Program-made: the position numbers and the translations under genes
Source of the DNA: a virus
DNA: 64,000 nt
Strand: one strand, 5' to 3'
Virus record (IMG/VR): IMGVR_UViG_3300034095_000847
Notes under the pieces: model-generated
Seen by the model: the letters and a program-made list of their open reading frames with translations, nothing else
What the model was told of the DNA's origin: nothing
Databases searched by the model: none
In this document: piece by piece, positions 8,481 to 18,048 of the stretch
How the letters are laid out: every line of letters starts with the position of its first letter
Numbering within the stretch: position 1 is the first letter of the stretch

Positions 8481-11462
8481 ATGGCAAACGAGTTTGTAGT
8501 AAAGAATGGGGCAATCACACCTAATCTTCAATTAACTGGATCAACATCTGGTACTATTACTGTTTTAGCAACTGCTACTGCGGGATCAAATACACTTACA
8601 TTACCTGCAGTAACTGGAACCGCAGTAACAACGGGTGATACTGGTTCTGTTACAAATACCATGTTGGCAGGTTCAATTGCTAACACTAAATTAGCAAATA
8701 GTTCAATTACTGTAAATGGATCATCTATTAGTTTAGGTGGATCTACAACAATTACCTCAAATACTACTAATGCCTTAACAATTGGCTCAGGCCTATCAGG
8801 TACAAGTTTTAATGGATCTGCCGGAGTAACAATTGCAATTGATTCTACTGTTGCAACTCTTACTGGTATTCAAACTCTTACTAATAAAACTCTTACTTCG
8901 CCTGCAGTTACAACTAGTTTAACAACTGGAAGTACATCATTTGATTTATTAAATACCACAGCAACTACTATAAATTTTGGCGGAGCATCAACTGCTATAT
9001 CCATAGGTAATACTGCCCATACAGGTACAACATCAATTCAACATGATCTATATGTGTATGGTAATATTACCTTTGGTGGCGGTGCAACTCAATTATCTGG
9101 TACCCAACTTGTTATTGATGATCCACTAATTTATATTGGAGATAATAATGTTGCAGATATTACAGATCTGGGTATTATCGGTGCTTATAATAATGGGACA
9201 CATCTACATACCGGATTAGTAAGAGATGCTTCTGATAGTGTATGGAAATTATTTAGTGGAATGACTTCTGAACCTAGTTCATCTACAGTAGATTTTACAG
9301 GTGTAACATATGCACCATTAAAAGTCGGAAACTTAGAATACACAGGCACACTCACAGGCTCAACAGGCGTACTGAACATCGGCTCAGGTCAGGTTTATAA
9401 AGATGCGTCAGGCAACGTGGGGATTGGGACTACTTCGCCTACAAGCGGTGTAAAACTTGATGTAAACGGAACAATTAAAATTGGTACTGGTACTTCAGCT
9501 TCTGCTGGTTGTATTTTTACAAATGCTAACTTCGGGATGTTGTTTCAAGCCTATCAAGCATCTCCAGCGCTAGCCGACTTTAGTTGGTTAAATTCAGCAG
9601 GCACAGAACGCATGCGCATCGACTCCAGCGGCAAAGTGGGGATTGGGAATACTAATCCACTAACTAAACTGGATGTTTATGGCGCACAAGTTTTAAATCG
9701 AGGGGTAATTCAAGCAATAGATTCAACAGCACAAGCAGCAGGCACAGGAGCTGGGTTAGTATTGGGTGGATTTTATAGTGCCTCACAAACAACTTCAGGA
9801 GTACAAATAAAAGCATCAAAAACAAATGGAACTGCTGGTGATTATGGTTTTGATATGTCTTTCTTAACCTTACAAAATAGCACTTCAAATTTAACAGAAC
9901 GTATGCGCATCACCTCCGCAGGTGGTATTTCTTTTGGTTCATCGGGTACAGCGTATGGTACATCTGGACAAGTATTAACATCGGCAGGTAACGCAGCACC
10001 CACATGGATAAACCAATCTTCTATAGCTGCTGGAACTGCTACTAACATAACAGCCTATACAATAAACCAAAACGTAGGAACTGCAAACGCTGTTCAACAT
10101 AGTGATATAACAACAGCAAGGGTAGGGTCTTTAACTACTGGGTATGTGTATTACGGCAATACTGGTACTAAATATGCAGGGTTTGATGGTACAAATTTTG
10201 TAACTTCTATGCCTATGAGTTTTAATATTCTGGGTTCTTCAGCATCTTGCACAGGCAACGCTGCTACGGCTACAACTGCTACTAATGTGTCTGGAGGGTC
10301 TGGTGCATTTGGTGGACTGATAAACACAAAAACTAACAACGCATCGTTTGCTGGTTCAAATGATTCTACCTTGTCAGTAAGAGGTGACCCCTCGTATGGG
10401 GCAGTTATGTCATTTCATAGGGCAGGAGCATATGCAGCTAACTTTGGACTAGATACAGATAACGTACTTAAATACGGTGGATGGAGTGTGGGGAGTGTCT
10501 ATCCTGTATATCACGGTGGCAATCCACAACCAAGTGTAACAGGCTCGTCAGGTTCCTGCACAGGCAACGCTGCTACTGCTACAACTGCTACTTCTGCTAC
10601 TTACCTTAATTCATCAAATTATATTTCAAGGGCAGGGAGTAGTGGTAACGCTAACACAGATTTCCAAAACACACCAGCTGGCTCTGTACGACACAATGGA
10701 GATGATGCAAATCTTACAAATGGACCTGGAAATTCTTGGTGGTTTTATAATAATTATAGACATTCCAATGGAAGTAACTATTGGGGTACTCAGGTGGCTT
10801 GGGGTTGGGAAGATAATGCTAATAGATTAGCTACTAGAAACGTATCGGGCGGAGGGTTTGGTGCGTGGGTTTATTATCTAAATAGCTCAAATTATACTTC
10901 GTACGCTCCATCATTAACAGGTAGTGGTGCTTCTGGAACTTGGGGTATATCAGTAACAGGTTCATCAGCTTCTTGCACAGGCAACGCTGCAACAGCTACA
11001 ACATCTAATAAACTTAATCCACTATCAGGGGATGCTAATTATAAACTAGCATATACAGCGGATGGGCAAAGATCTAATGCTGGTGAGTGGGGAAGGGTTG
11101 TAATGCAATATCAACCTAATGCTCAGACTTATGGTGTAAGGGTTGATAGAGCAGATTATGCAGATTCTGCTGGAAATGCAATAGGAGTTGGTCAAACTTG
11201 GCAAAACTTACTGACAAGTAGAGCCAAAACCACTACTTACACTAATTCAACAGGACGAACTATTATGTTAGCAGTAACATTTAATGCCCTCGCCAGTGGA
11301 GCAGGATGTACTCATATACTCGATGGTGTGACAGTTTTTGGGTTTGGGTTTTCTGCATCAGGGGGTGCTGGCAGTAATGGAGCTGTTATGTTAGTACCTT
11401 CCGGTTCTACCTATAGCGTAACAAATGGCGGCACACTTAGAACTTGGTTTGAGCTTAGATAA
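8481..11462 (+). CDS. tail fibre / receptor-binding protein
   Basis: GNVGIGTTSP and TERMRI.S.G repeats, three SCTGNAATAT repeats, C-terminal IGVGQTWQ...YTNSTGRTI...WFELR tip domain; followed by an assembly chaperone. Confidence 0.8.
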   Translation: MANEFVVKNGAITPNLQLTGSTSGTITVLATATAGSNTLTLPAVTGTAVTTGDTGSVTNTMLAGSIANTKLANSSITVNGSSISLGGSTTITSNTTNALTIGSGLSGTSFNGSAGVTIAIDSTVATLTGIQTLTNKTLTSPAVTTSLTTGSTSFDLLNTTATTINFGGASTAISIGNTAHTGTTSIQHDLYVYGNITFGGGATQLSGTQLVIDDPLIYIGDNNVADITDLGIIGAYNNGTHLHTGLVRDASDSVWKLFSGMTSEPSSSTVDFTGVTYAPLKVGNLEYTGTLTGSTGVLNIGSGQVYKDASGNVGIGTTSPTSGVKLDVNGTIKIGTGTSASAGCIFTNANFGMLFQAYQASPALADFSWLNSAGTERMRIDSSGKVGIGNTNPLTKLDVYGAQVLNRGVIQAIDSTAQAAGTGAGLVLGGFYSASQTTSGVQIKASKTNGTAGDYGFDMSFLTLQNSTSNLTERMRITSAGGISFGSSGTAYGTSGQVLTSAGNAAPTWINQSSIAAGTATNITAYTINQNVGTANAVQHSDITTARVGSLTTGYVYYGNTGTKYAGFDGTNFVTSMPMSFNILGSSASCTGNAATATTATNVSGGSGAFGGLINTKTNNASFAGSNDSTLSVRGDPSYGAVMSFHRAGAYAANFGLDTDNVLKYGGWSVGSVYPVYHGGNPQPSVTGSSGSCTGNAATATTATSATYLNSSNYISRAGSSGNANTDFQNTPAGSVRHNGDDANLTNGPGNSWWFYNNYRHSNGSNYWGTQVAWGWEDNANRLATRNVSGGGFGAWVYYLNSSNYTSYAPSLTGSGASGTWGISVTGSSASCTGNAATATTSNKLNPLSGDANYKLAYTADGQRSNAGEWGRVVMQYQPNAQTYGVRVDRADYADSAGNAIGVGQTWQNLLTSRAKTTTYTNSTGRTIMLAVTFNALASGAGCTHILDGVTVFGFGFSASGGAGSNGAVMLVPSGSTYSVTNGGTLRTWFELR

Positions 11463-11472
11463 GGAAGTAAAA

Positions 11473-11829
11473 ATGTTATACTACAAAGATTTAACTGATG
11501 ATGTTGTTTATGCTTATGATGAAACAGAAGCATCACAGCTTCCTTATATTCAACAAGCTATAGGTAATGGTTGGGAAGATATTACAGGTAATTGGCCTCT
11601 GCCTCCTGAGCCTACAAGCGCTGAAGAAAATAAAGCTAAGGCTTCTCAATTACTTTTAGAAAGTGATTGGGTCACGCTCCCTGATGTATTAGACCCTAAT
11701 ACTTTACCCTATCTGACCAATCAAGCTGCTTATTTGACTTATAGAGCAGCTTTAAGAGTTATTGCGGTTAACCCTGTTGATGGTGATATAGTATTTCCAG
11801 TTAAACCAATTTCAGAGTGGATTACATAA
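11473..11829 (+). CDS. tail fibre assembly chaperone
   Basis: AAGGA RBS before ATG 11473; LLLESDW.TLPD...YRAALR...FPVKP motif. Confidence 0.7.
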   Translation: MLYYKDLTDDVVYAYDETEASQLPYIQQAIGNGWEDITGNWPLPPEPTSAEENKAKASQLLLESDWVTLPDVLDPNTLPYLTNQAAYLTYRAALRVIAVNPVDGDIVFPVKPISEWIT

Positions 11830-11981
11830 TGTTTGGAATAGATGATGCAATAACTTCAGTAGCTGACCCTGTAGCTTTAGCGGATATTGAAGCTAAGAAA
11901 CAAGTGCTACGAGATGCAACTAAACAGGTAGATAGCTTGACGACACTTGATGAACTTAAAGCAGCCCAACTGCCTGTATAG
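11829..11981 (+). CDS. 50-aa ORF, probably a chimeric remnant (chaperone-like C-terminus)
   Basis: TAATG stop/start overlap; MFGIDDAITSVADPVALADIEAKKQVLRDATKQVDSLTTLDELKAAQLPV; not in the ORF track. Confidence 0.4.
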   Translation: MFGIDDAITSVADPVALADIEAKKQVLRDATKQVDSLTTLDELKAAQLPV

Positions 11982-12047
11982 GCGGTGCAACCGCTTGACA
12001 AGTCCAAATTGATGAACTGAAAGAACTTATAAACAAAGGAGAATAAA

Positions 12048-12272
12048 ATGGCAATTACAAAAACACAAAAATTAATTAGTATTACTTATCGAGAAGATAT
12101 GGTAACTATACCTCAACAGTTATATGTTGAATACCTAATTACTCTTGATGACCCAGATGATTCTTCATTACCTGTTTATACTAATAAAGGTTATACATTG
12201 GTAGAAGATTCAGATATTAGCAATGAAGAAGAGTTGGTCCAAAATATGTTCAATTTGGTGTTTAATAAATAG
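12048..12272 (+). CDS. hypothetical protein
   Basis: AGGAG RBS; 74 aa. Confidence 0.6.
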   Translation: MAITKTQKLISITYREDMVTIPQQLYVEYLITLDDPDDSSLPVYTNKGYTLVEDSDISNEEELVQNMFNLVFNK

Positions 12273-12339
12273 TATATAAAACTAATTATTGGAATAGTAA
12301 GATGACAATTAATACAAGAGAAGGACTCAAACAATATGC
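12237..12339 (+). repeat. direct repeat copy 1 (3' end of ORF 12048, late promoter, gp13-like start)
   Basis: Near-identical to 13654-13759. Confidence 0.9.
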
Positions 12340-12355
12340 TAGTAAGCCATACTAA
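12302..12355 (+). pseudogene. truncated duplicate of the gp13 5' end (MTINTREGLKQYASKPY*)
   Basis: Matches the gp13 start MATVNTREGLKQYA. Confidence 0.75.
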
Positions 12356-13010
12356 AAAGTTTATATTTTTAAAAACAATATCTGCCGCTGGAACTTCCAT
12401 AGAAAGTTACTTAGAAAAGTATTGTATGGATGAAGCAGAATGGGAATTAAGAATAAGCACTGAAACAAAAGTAAGTGAGTATGGAATTGTAGGGCAACGG
12501 TTTTTAGGTGGCACTGAACGTCCTGAATATTATGCGCATCAGCGTGCAACTATGTTAAAACCTATTTTAGGTGATGACATATGGAATAATTATTTTAAAA
12601 TTTGTTCAGTAAGAAATCCATATGAAAAACTTATATCTACGTTTTTTAAACTATATCCACATATGAATTCATCAGACCCTAGTTTAGAGGCTCTTTTTTA
12701 TAGTTGGGTAACAGCGGGACAATTAGCAGAACTTAGCACAAAAGATTCAGGTATTTACACAATAGACAATGAGCTATGTGTAGATTATGTTATACGGTAT
12801 GAAAACTTATATGAGGATATGAATGAAGTTTGTACCAGATTAGATATTAATTGGAATGAATCATTATTTAATGTATTGAAAAAAGATGAAACCATACAAC
12901 CATCAAAATATGATTTAATTAAAAGACTTATTACTCCTGAGATTAAAGAAATTATAGATGTTTGGTATGCTTTTGAATTATCACATTTTAATTATCAATA
13001 TCCTGAATAA
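12336..13010 (+). CDS. sulfotransferase family 2-like protein
   Basis: KKFIFLKT...AGTSIE, SVRNPYEKLIS and DYVIRYENL motifs. Confidence 0.75.
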   Translation: MLVSHTKKFIFLKTISAAGTSIESYLEKYCMDEAEWELRISTETKVSEYGIVGQRFLGGTERPEYYAHQRATMLKPILGDDIWNNYFKICSVRNPYEKLISTFFKLYPHMNSSDPSLEALFYSWVTAGQLAELSTKDSGIYTIDNELCVDYVIRYENLYEDMNEVCTRLDINWNESLFNVLKKDETIQPSKYDLIKRLITPEIKEIIDVWYAFELSHFNYQYPE

Positions 13011-13021
13011 GGTAGGTAAAT

Positions 13022-13654
13022 ATGGCAGACTTTTTAACAAATAAAAATTTATTAGGTGTCGTTGGCAACTCATTTTCCAATTTTTATGGGGCAAGTGAGT
13101 ATTGTCCTGCATCCGGTCCAATAAGCATGAGTCAAATGGGTACGCAAGCGACAACAAATGGTGATGGTAGTCCAGCAACTATTTATCCGATTGGTAGTGG
13201 TGTTGTTGACGGTGGATATGTGGTAGGTAATTATAATTCTGGCGATGATGTTCGTCGAATCATTTGGAATGGCTTATACGCTGCGAAGGCGTACAAAACC
13301 GCTAATACTACTAATACTGTCATTACCACAGCAATGTCGCAGACAGCTACTTACCCTGCTTCAAACTATGCGTATCTTACAGCTCCAACCGGCACTTGGA
13401 GCTTTATAGCTCCCCCCGGTTTTGGCGGTCCCACGATCAGATATGCATTTGCCGTCTCTGGCAGATTTAGAGGTTTAGCAGGGGCTAGTCCATACATGTC
13501 TGGCACTAATGTATGGACTAGCGGTACGCAATCTACGGCTACTACTGCTCCTTACATAGATATTACCACTGGGGTATCAAGCACGGCTACCAAAACAACA
13601 TTAAATTATTCATACCCATTGAAACTAGGAGGAGCCCAATTTTGGTACTTGTAG
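13022..13654 (+). CDS. hypothetical protein (T/G/A-rich, higher GC)
   Basis: 210-aa ORF with AGGT RBS. Confidence 0.6.
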   Translation: MADFLTNKNLLGVVGNSFSNFYGASEYCPASGPISMSQMGTQATTNGDGSPATIYPIGSGVVDGGYVVGNYNSGDDVRRIIWNGLYAAKAYKTANTTNTVITTAMSQTATYPASNYAYLTAPTGTWSFIAPPGFGGPTIRYAFAVSGRFRGLAGASPYMSGTNVWTSGTQSTATTAPYIDITTGVSSTATKTTLNYSYPLKLGGAQFWYL

Positions 13655-13759
13655 TCCAAAATATGTTCAATTTGGTATTTGATAAATAGTATATAAAACT
13701 AATTATTGGATCATTAAGATGGCAACAGTAAATACAAGGGAAGGTTTAAAACAATATGC
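13654..13759 (+). repeat. direct repeat copy 2, including the gp13 late promoter (GATAAATA) and start
   Basis: Near-identical to 12237-12339. Confidence 0.9.
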
Positions 13760-14699
13760 ATTAAGAGCATTAGGTGCACCAGTGCTTGAAATAAATGTTG
13801 ATGATGATCAACTAGAAGATCGTATTGATGAAGCAGTAGAATATTGGAGATTATATCATCCAGAAGGTATTGAACAAGTATATGCCAAATATATGATTAC
13901 TGCTTCTGTGTTAAATCTTACAACTAATAATGCTGCATCTTTTGGTGATGCAACTGAAGTTACTGGAGCAACATCTGGTGCTACAGCATTTGTAGTTTTA
14001 GATGAAGGTACTAGAACAGAATCAAGAACATCTACAGGAAATGTTCTTCTTGTAGTTAATATAACCGGTAATTTCCTTGCTGGAGAAACTATTTCAAATG
14101 ATATAATTTCTGCTACATTAAGTTTAACTTCTCCAGTAGTTAAAGGTGTATTTGATAATAGATATATTACGCTTCCTGATTTATTGTATGGTGTGACTAG
14201 AGTTATTCCTATGTCTCAAGCATCTTCTTCAAAGAATATGTTTGATTTACAATATCAATTACGTTTGCATGACTTATATGATGTTACATCTACATCAATG
14301 ATCTATTATAAGACAGTTATGCAACATCTTGATATGTTGGATTTCGAACTTAATGCCAAACCTGATATTCGGTTTAATAGATTTACAAACAAACTATATC
14401 TTGATATTAAATGGCAAGCAGATGCTCTTATTGGTCAATATCTAATGGTTGATGGTTATGGTGCTTTAGATCCTGTCACTGCTCCTAGAATGTGGGGAGA
14501 GTTATGGTTAAAACATTATACAACTGCATTGTTTAAAAAGATGTGGGCAACTAATATCAAAAAGTTTTCCGGTATACAACTTCCAGGTGGTGTAACATTA
14601 GATGGTGATTCTCTATATAGAGAGGCAGTTGATGAGATTAAAGATTTAGAAGATGAATTGATGACAAAGTCTGCTCCATTAAGTTGGTTCATGGGATAA
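13719..14699 (+). CDS. gp13: neck protein gp13
   Basis: LRALGAPVLEINVDDDQLEDRIDEA; KKFSGIQLPGGVTLDG. Confidence 0.92.
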   Translation: MATVNTREGLKQYALRALGAPVLEINVDDDQLEDRIDEAVEYWRLYHPEGIEQVYAKYMITASVLNLTTNNAASFGDATEVTGATSGATAFVVLDEGTRTESRTSTGNVLLVVNITGNFLAGETISNDIISATLSLTSPVVKGVFDNRYITLPDLLYGVTRVIPMSQASSSKNMFDLQYQLRLHDLYDVTSTSMIYYKTVMQHLDMLDFELNAKPDIRFNRFTNKLYLDIKWQADALIGQYLMVDGYGALDPVTAPRMWGELWLKHYTTALFKKMWATNIKKFSGIQLPGGVTLDGDSLYREAVDEIKDLEDELMTKSAPLSWFMG

Positions 14700-14702
14700 A
14701 TC

Positions 14703-15608
14703 ATGACAACAACTAATGTATATTTTACGCATGGTACTAAAAACGAACAATATCTTGTAGAAGATCTAATAATTGAATCACTTCGTATGTATGGAAATGA
14801 AGTGATGTATATTCCTAGAACATTAGTTGCAAAAGATAATATTCTAGGAGAAGATAGATTATCTCAATTTAAAACCGCATTTCCAATAGAAATGTATTTT
14901 GAAAACATTGATTCATTTGGTGGTCAAGGATTCATGATTCAAAAGTTTGGATTAATGGTAGAACAATCAGCAACTCTTGTTGTTGCTAGAAGAAGGTGGG
15001 AACAATTTGTAGGCAGATATGGGGTAACAACCGTACCTACTAGACCAAATGAAGGAGATTTAATATATTTCCCATTGTCAAAAGGTTTATTTGAAATTAA
15101 ATTTGTACAACATCAAGATCCATTCTATCAATTAGGCAAATTATATGTCTATAAACTTCAAGTAGAATTGTTTCAATATGCATCTGAAAGAATTGATACA
15201 GGTCATACTGATATTGATGTATTTGAATCATTAAAAACATTCTCTACTGATATCACAGATAGTAATTTCGGTGAGGTAACTGCTATTAATATTACAAATA
15301 CTGGATCTGCATATTCAACTGCCACAGTACAATTTACATCTTCTACTGGATATGGAGCAACTGCAACCACGGTTATTGGAACTGGAAGTAATGCCGGTAA
15401 AATTGTTGATATTATTATCACTAATCCAGGTACAGGTTATAAATCAATACCTTATGTTGAAATAATTGGAAATGGTACTGGAGCAGTTATTCAAGCCGTT
15501 GTTAAAGTTAATATAGATAAACCAGATTCATACGGTGATAACAACTCATTTTTAGATGAAGCATCTACTGTTGTATGGAATACTAATAATCCGTTCGGAG
15601 ATATTTAA
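14703..15608 (+). CDS. gp14: neck protein gp14
   Basis: EQYLVEDLIIESLRMYG...RPNEGDLIYFP...FYQLGK; NPFG at the C-terminus. Confidence 0.92.
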   Translation: MTTTNVYFTHGTKNEQYLVEDLIIESLRMYGNEVMYIPRTLVAKDNILGEDRLSQFKTAFPIEMYFENIDSFGGQGFMIQKFGLMVEQSATLVVARRRWEQFVGRYGVTTVPTRPNEGDLIYFPLSKGLFEIKFVQHQDPFYQLGKLYVYKLQVELFQYASERIDTGHTDIDVFESLKTFSTDITDSNFGEVTAINITNTGSAYSTATVQFTSSTGYGATATTVIGTGSNAGKIVDIIITNPGTGYKSIPYVEIIGNGTGAVIQAVVKVNIDKPDSYGDNNSFLDEASTVVWNTNNPFGDI

Positions 15609-16348
15609 TGTACGAAACTCCATTTTATCACGGAATTATAAGAAAAACTATTATTGGTTTTGGCAGTCTTTTTTCTAATATAAAAATAGAAAGAAAGGAA
15701 GGTGGTTCTGTTACTGGAACTACAATTCAAACCTTAAAAGTTCCTATAGGATATGCACCAAAGGAAAAGTGGCTAGTAAGAATAGATTCTGATCCTACTT
15801 TAGAAGGACATACATATACATCATTGCCTAGAATATCCTTTGAAATTACCGGTTATTCTTATGATTCTGTAAGAAAAACAAACAGAATGCAACAAATAAA
15901 ATGTGGTGATGGTTTAAGTTCTCTAAGTACATTAAGTTCTGTTGTTCCGTATAATCTTGACATTTCATTGTATATTTTGACAAAAACTCAAGAAGATGCA
16001 TTACAAATAATAGAACAAATTTTACCTACATTTACTCCTGAATACACATTATCAATTAATGCAGTTCCTGAAATGAATGTTATTCAAGACATTCCTATTA
16101 TTTTAAATAGCATTTCGGTTCAAGATGATTATGATGGAGATTTTACTACTAGAAGATTTGTAACTCATACATTAAATTTCACTTTGAAATTAAATTTATT
16201 TAGCGGAAATAGCACAAGTGGTATCATTACTACTGTTAAAGCAAATATTAATGATATTATTACTCAACAACCACTTAGTAATTATACTGTTATTGGTGAT
16301 CCTGCTGATGGTAGTATTACATCAGAATCATGGTTAGAACATTTTTAA
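15608..16348 (+). CDS. gp15: tail sheath stabiliser / completion protein gp15
   Basis: FYHGIIRKTIIGFGSLF...LPRISFEI...QIIEQILPTFTP. Confidence 0.92.
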   Translation: MYETPFYHGIIRKTIIGFGSLFSNIKIERKEGGSVTGTTIQTLKVPIGYAPKEKWLVRIDSDPTLEGHTYTSLPRISFEITGYSYDSVRKTNRMQQIKCGDGLSSLSTLSSVVPYNLDISLYILTKTQEDALQIIEQILPTFTPEYTLSINAVPEMNVIQDIPIILNSISVQDDYDGDFTTRRFVTHTLNFTLKLNLFSGNSTSGIITTVKANINDIITQQPLSNYTVIGDPADGSITSESWLEHF

Positions 16349-16363
16349 ATTTAAATTTTTATT

Positions 16364-17965
16364 ATGGCTGCATTAACATATAATAGTAATCCTCAATTAA
16401 AAGCAGCGAATGTGCCTGTTCAGTATACTCAGGAGCAAATACAAGAGTATATTAAATGTAAAAATGATCCCATTTATTTTATTGATACTTATTGTCATAT
16501 TATCCATGTTGATTATGGCATTATACCATTCAAACTATATGATTGTCAAAAGAATAAAATAAAGATTATCCATGAGAATAGAAAAGTTATTCTTATGGAA
16601 GGCAGACAACAGGGAAAGACACAAACCTCTGCTGCATATATTCTTTGGTATACTAATTTCCACGATGCAAAGAATGTTGCTATTCTTGCTAACAAAGCAT
16701 CCGCTGCTAGGGAAGTAATGTCTAGATACCAAATGATGTTTGAATTATTACCTCCTTGGTTACAACAAGGTGTTAAAACCTGGAATAAAGGTGATATTGA
16801 ATTAGAAAATATGTCTAAGGTTTTTACTGCAGCTACTACCGGCGCAGGTATTCGTGGTAAAACAGTGAATATGTTATACATCGATGAAACAGCATTTATT
16901 CCAAACACAGTTGCAGAAGCTTTCTTCACTTCAACATTTCCGACAATATCTTCTGGTAAAACAACTAAAATTTTACTAAGTTCTACTCCACTTGGTTATA
17001 ATCATTTTTGGAAGTTTTGGACAGATGCAGAAAAAGGACATAATGATTTTGTAACATTATTCATTCCATATACAGATATTCCTGGAAGAGATGAAACTTG
17101 GGCTTCAGAGCAACGTAGACAATTAGGTGAACTGAAATTCTGCCAGGAAGTACTTTGTTCCTTTCTTGGTTCTAGTTTAACTTTGATACCTCCTGATACT
17201 TTATCTAAACTAACTCCGGATCAAATAGATTATTCTAATGAAGGTCTTGATATATTTAAACGGCCTGAAAAGGGAAAGAATTATGTAATGACAGTTGATC
17301 CTTCTAAAGGCGTTGGAGGTGATAATTCGGTAATTCAAGTGATTGACATATCAGAAATACCATACAAACAAGTTGCTAAGTATAAAGATAATACAATAAG
17401 TCCGCTTATATTTCCTAACATTATATATAAAATAGCAAAAGATTATAATAATGCACATGTTTTAATTGAGATAAATATATCTGAACAGGTGGCACATATT
17501 TTACATCATGAGTTAGAATATGAAAACATGATTATTATAAATAAAAAACCAAAGGGATTAGACAGAGGACAATCTGCAGGTGGAGGGTTCGGAGGTAGAC
17601 CATTCTTAGGTGTAAACACAGATAAAAAAACAAAAAGAATTGGATGTGCCAATTTAAAATCATTAATGGTAGAAAATAAATTACTTATTAATGATATGGA
17701 TACTATTTCTGAACTATCTACTTTTATTGAAGTTAAAGATTCATATGCGGCTGATGATGGTTATAAAGATGATTTAGTAATGGGACTTGTTATTTTCTCA
17801 TGGTTAACTACACAACCATATTTTAAAGAATTAAATAACGTAGAACTTAGAAAAATGATGTATCAAAACCAAATGAGATTAATAGAAGAAGAGTTAACAC
17901 CATTTGGTTTTTATGATGATGGACAAATAGAATCAGAAGCACCTATTATGCTTTTGAATTTCTGA
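16364..17965 (+). CDS. gp17: terminase large subunit gp17
   Basis: Walker A GRQQGKT, Walker B LYIDE, SSTPLG, nuclease DDLVM. Confidence 0.95.
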   Translation: MAALTYNSNPQLKAANVPVQYTQEQIQEYIKCKNDPIYFIDTYCHIIHVDYGIIPFKLYDCQKNKIKIIHENRKVILMEGRQQGKTQTSAAYILWYTNFHDAKNVAILANKASAAREVMSRYQMMFELLPPWLQQGVKTWNKGDIELENMSKVFTAATTGAGIRGKTVNMLYIDETAFIPNTVAEAFFTSTFPTISSGKTTKILLSSTPLGYNHFWKFWTDAEKGHNDFVTLFIPYTDIPGRDETWASEQRRQLGELKFCQEVLCSFLGSSLTLIPPDTLSKLTPDQIDYSNEGLDIFKRPEKGKNYVMTVDPSKGVGGDNSVIQVIDISEIPYKQVAKYKDNTISPLIFPNIIYKIAKDYNNAHVLIEINISEQVAHILHHELEYENMIIINKKPKGLDRGQSAGGGFGGRPFLGVNTDKKTKRIGCANLKSLMVENKLLINDMDTISELSTFIEVKDSYAADDGYKDDLVMGLVIFSWLTTQPYFKELNNVELRKMMYQNQMRLIEEELTPFGFYDDGQIESEAPIMLLNF

Positions 17966-17977
17966 AATACAATTTTT

Positions 17978-18017
17978 TATAAATAATACAATGAATCATA
18001 CTTAAGATTCATTGTAT
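17978..18017 (+). promoter_or_regulatory. late promoter TATAAATA followed by a 12-bp 5' stem-loop
   Basis: TATAAATA at 17978-17985; ATACAATGAATC (17986-17997) pairs with GATTCATTGTAT (18006-18017). Confidence 0.8.
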
Positions 18018-18048
18018 ACCCAGAATATTATTTCTTAGGAGAATTTAA

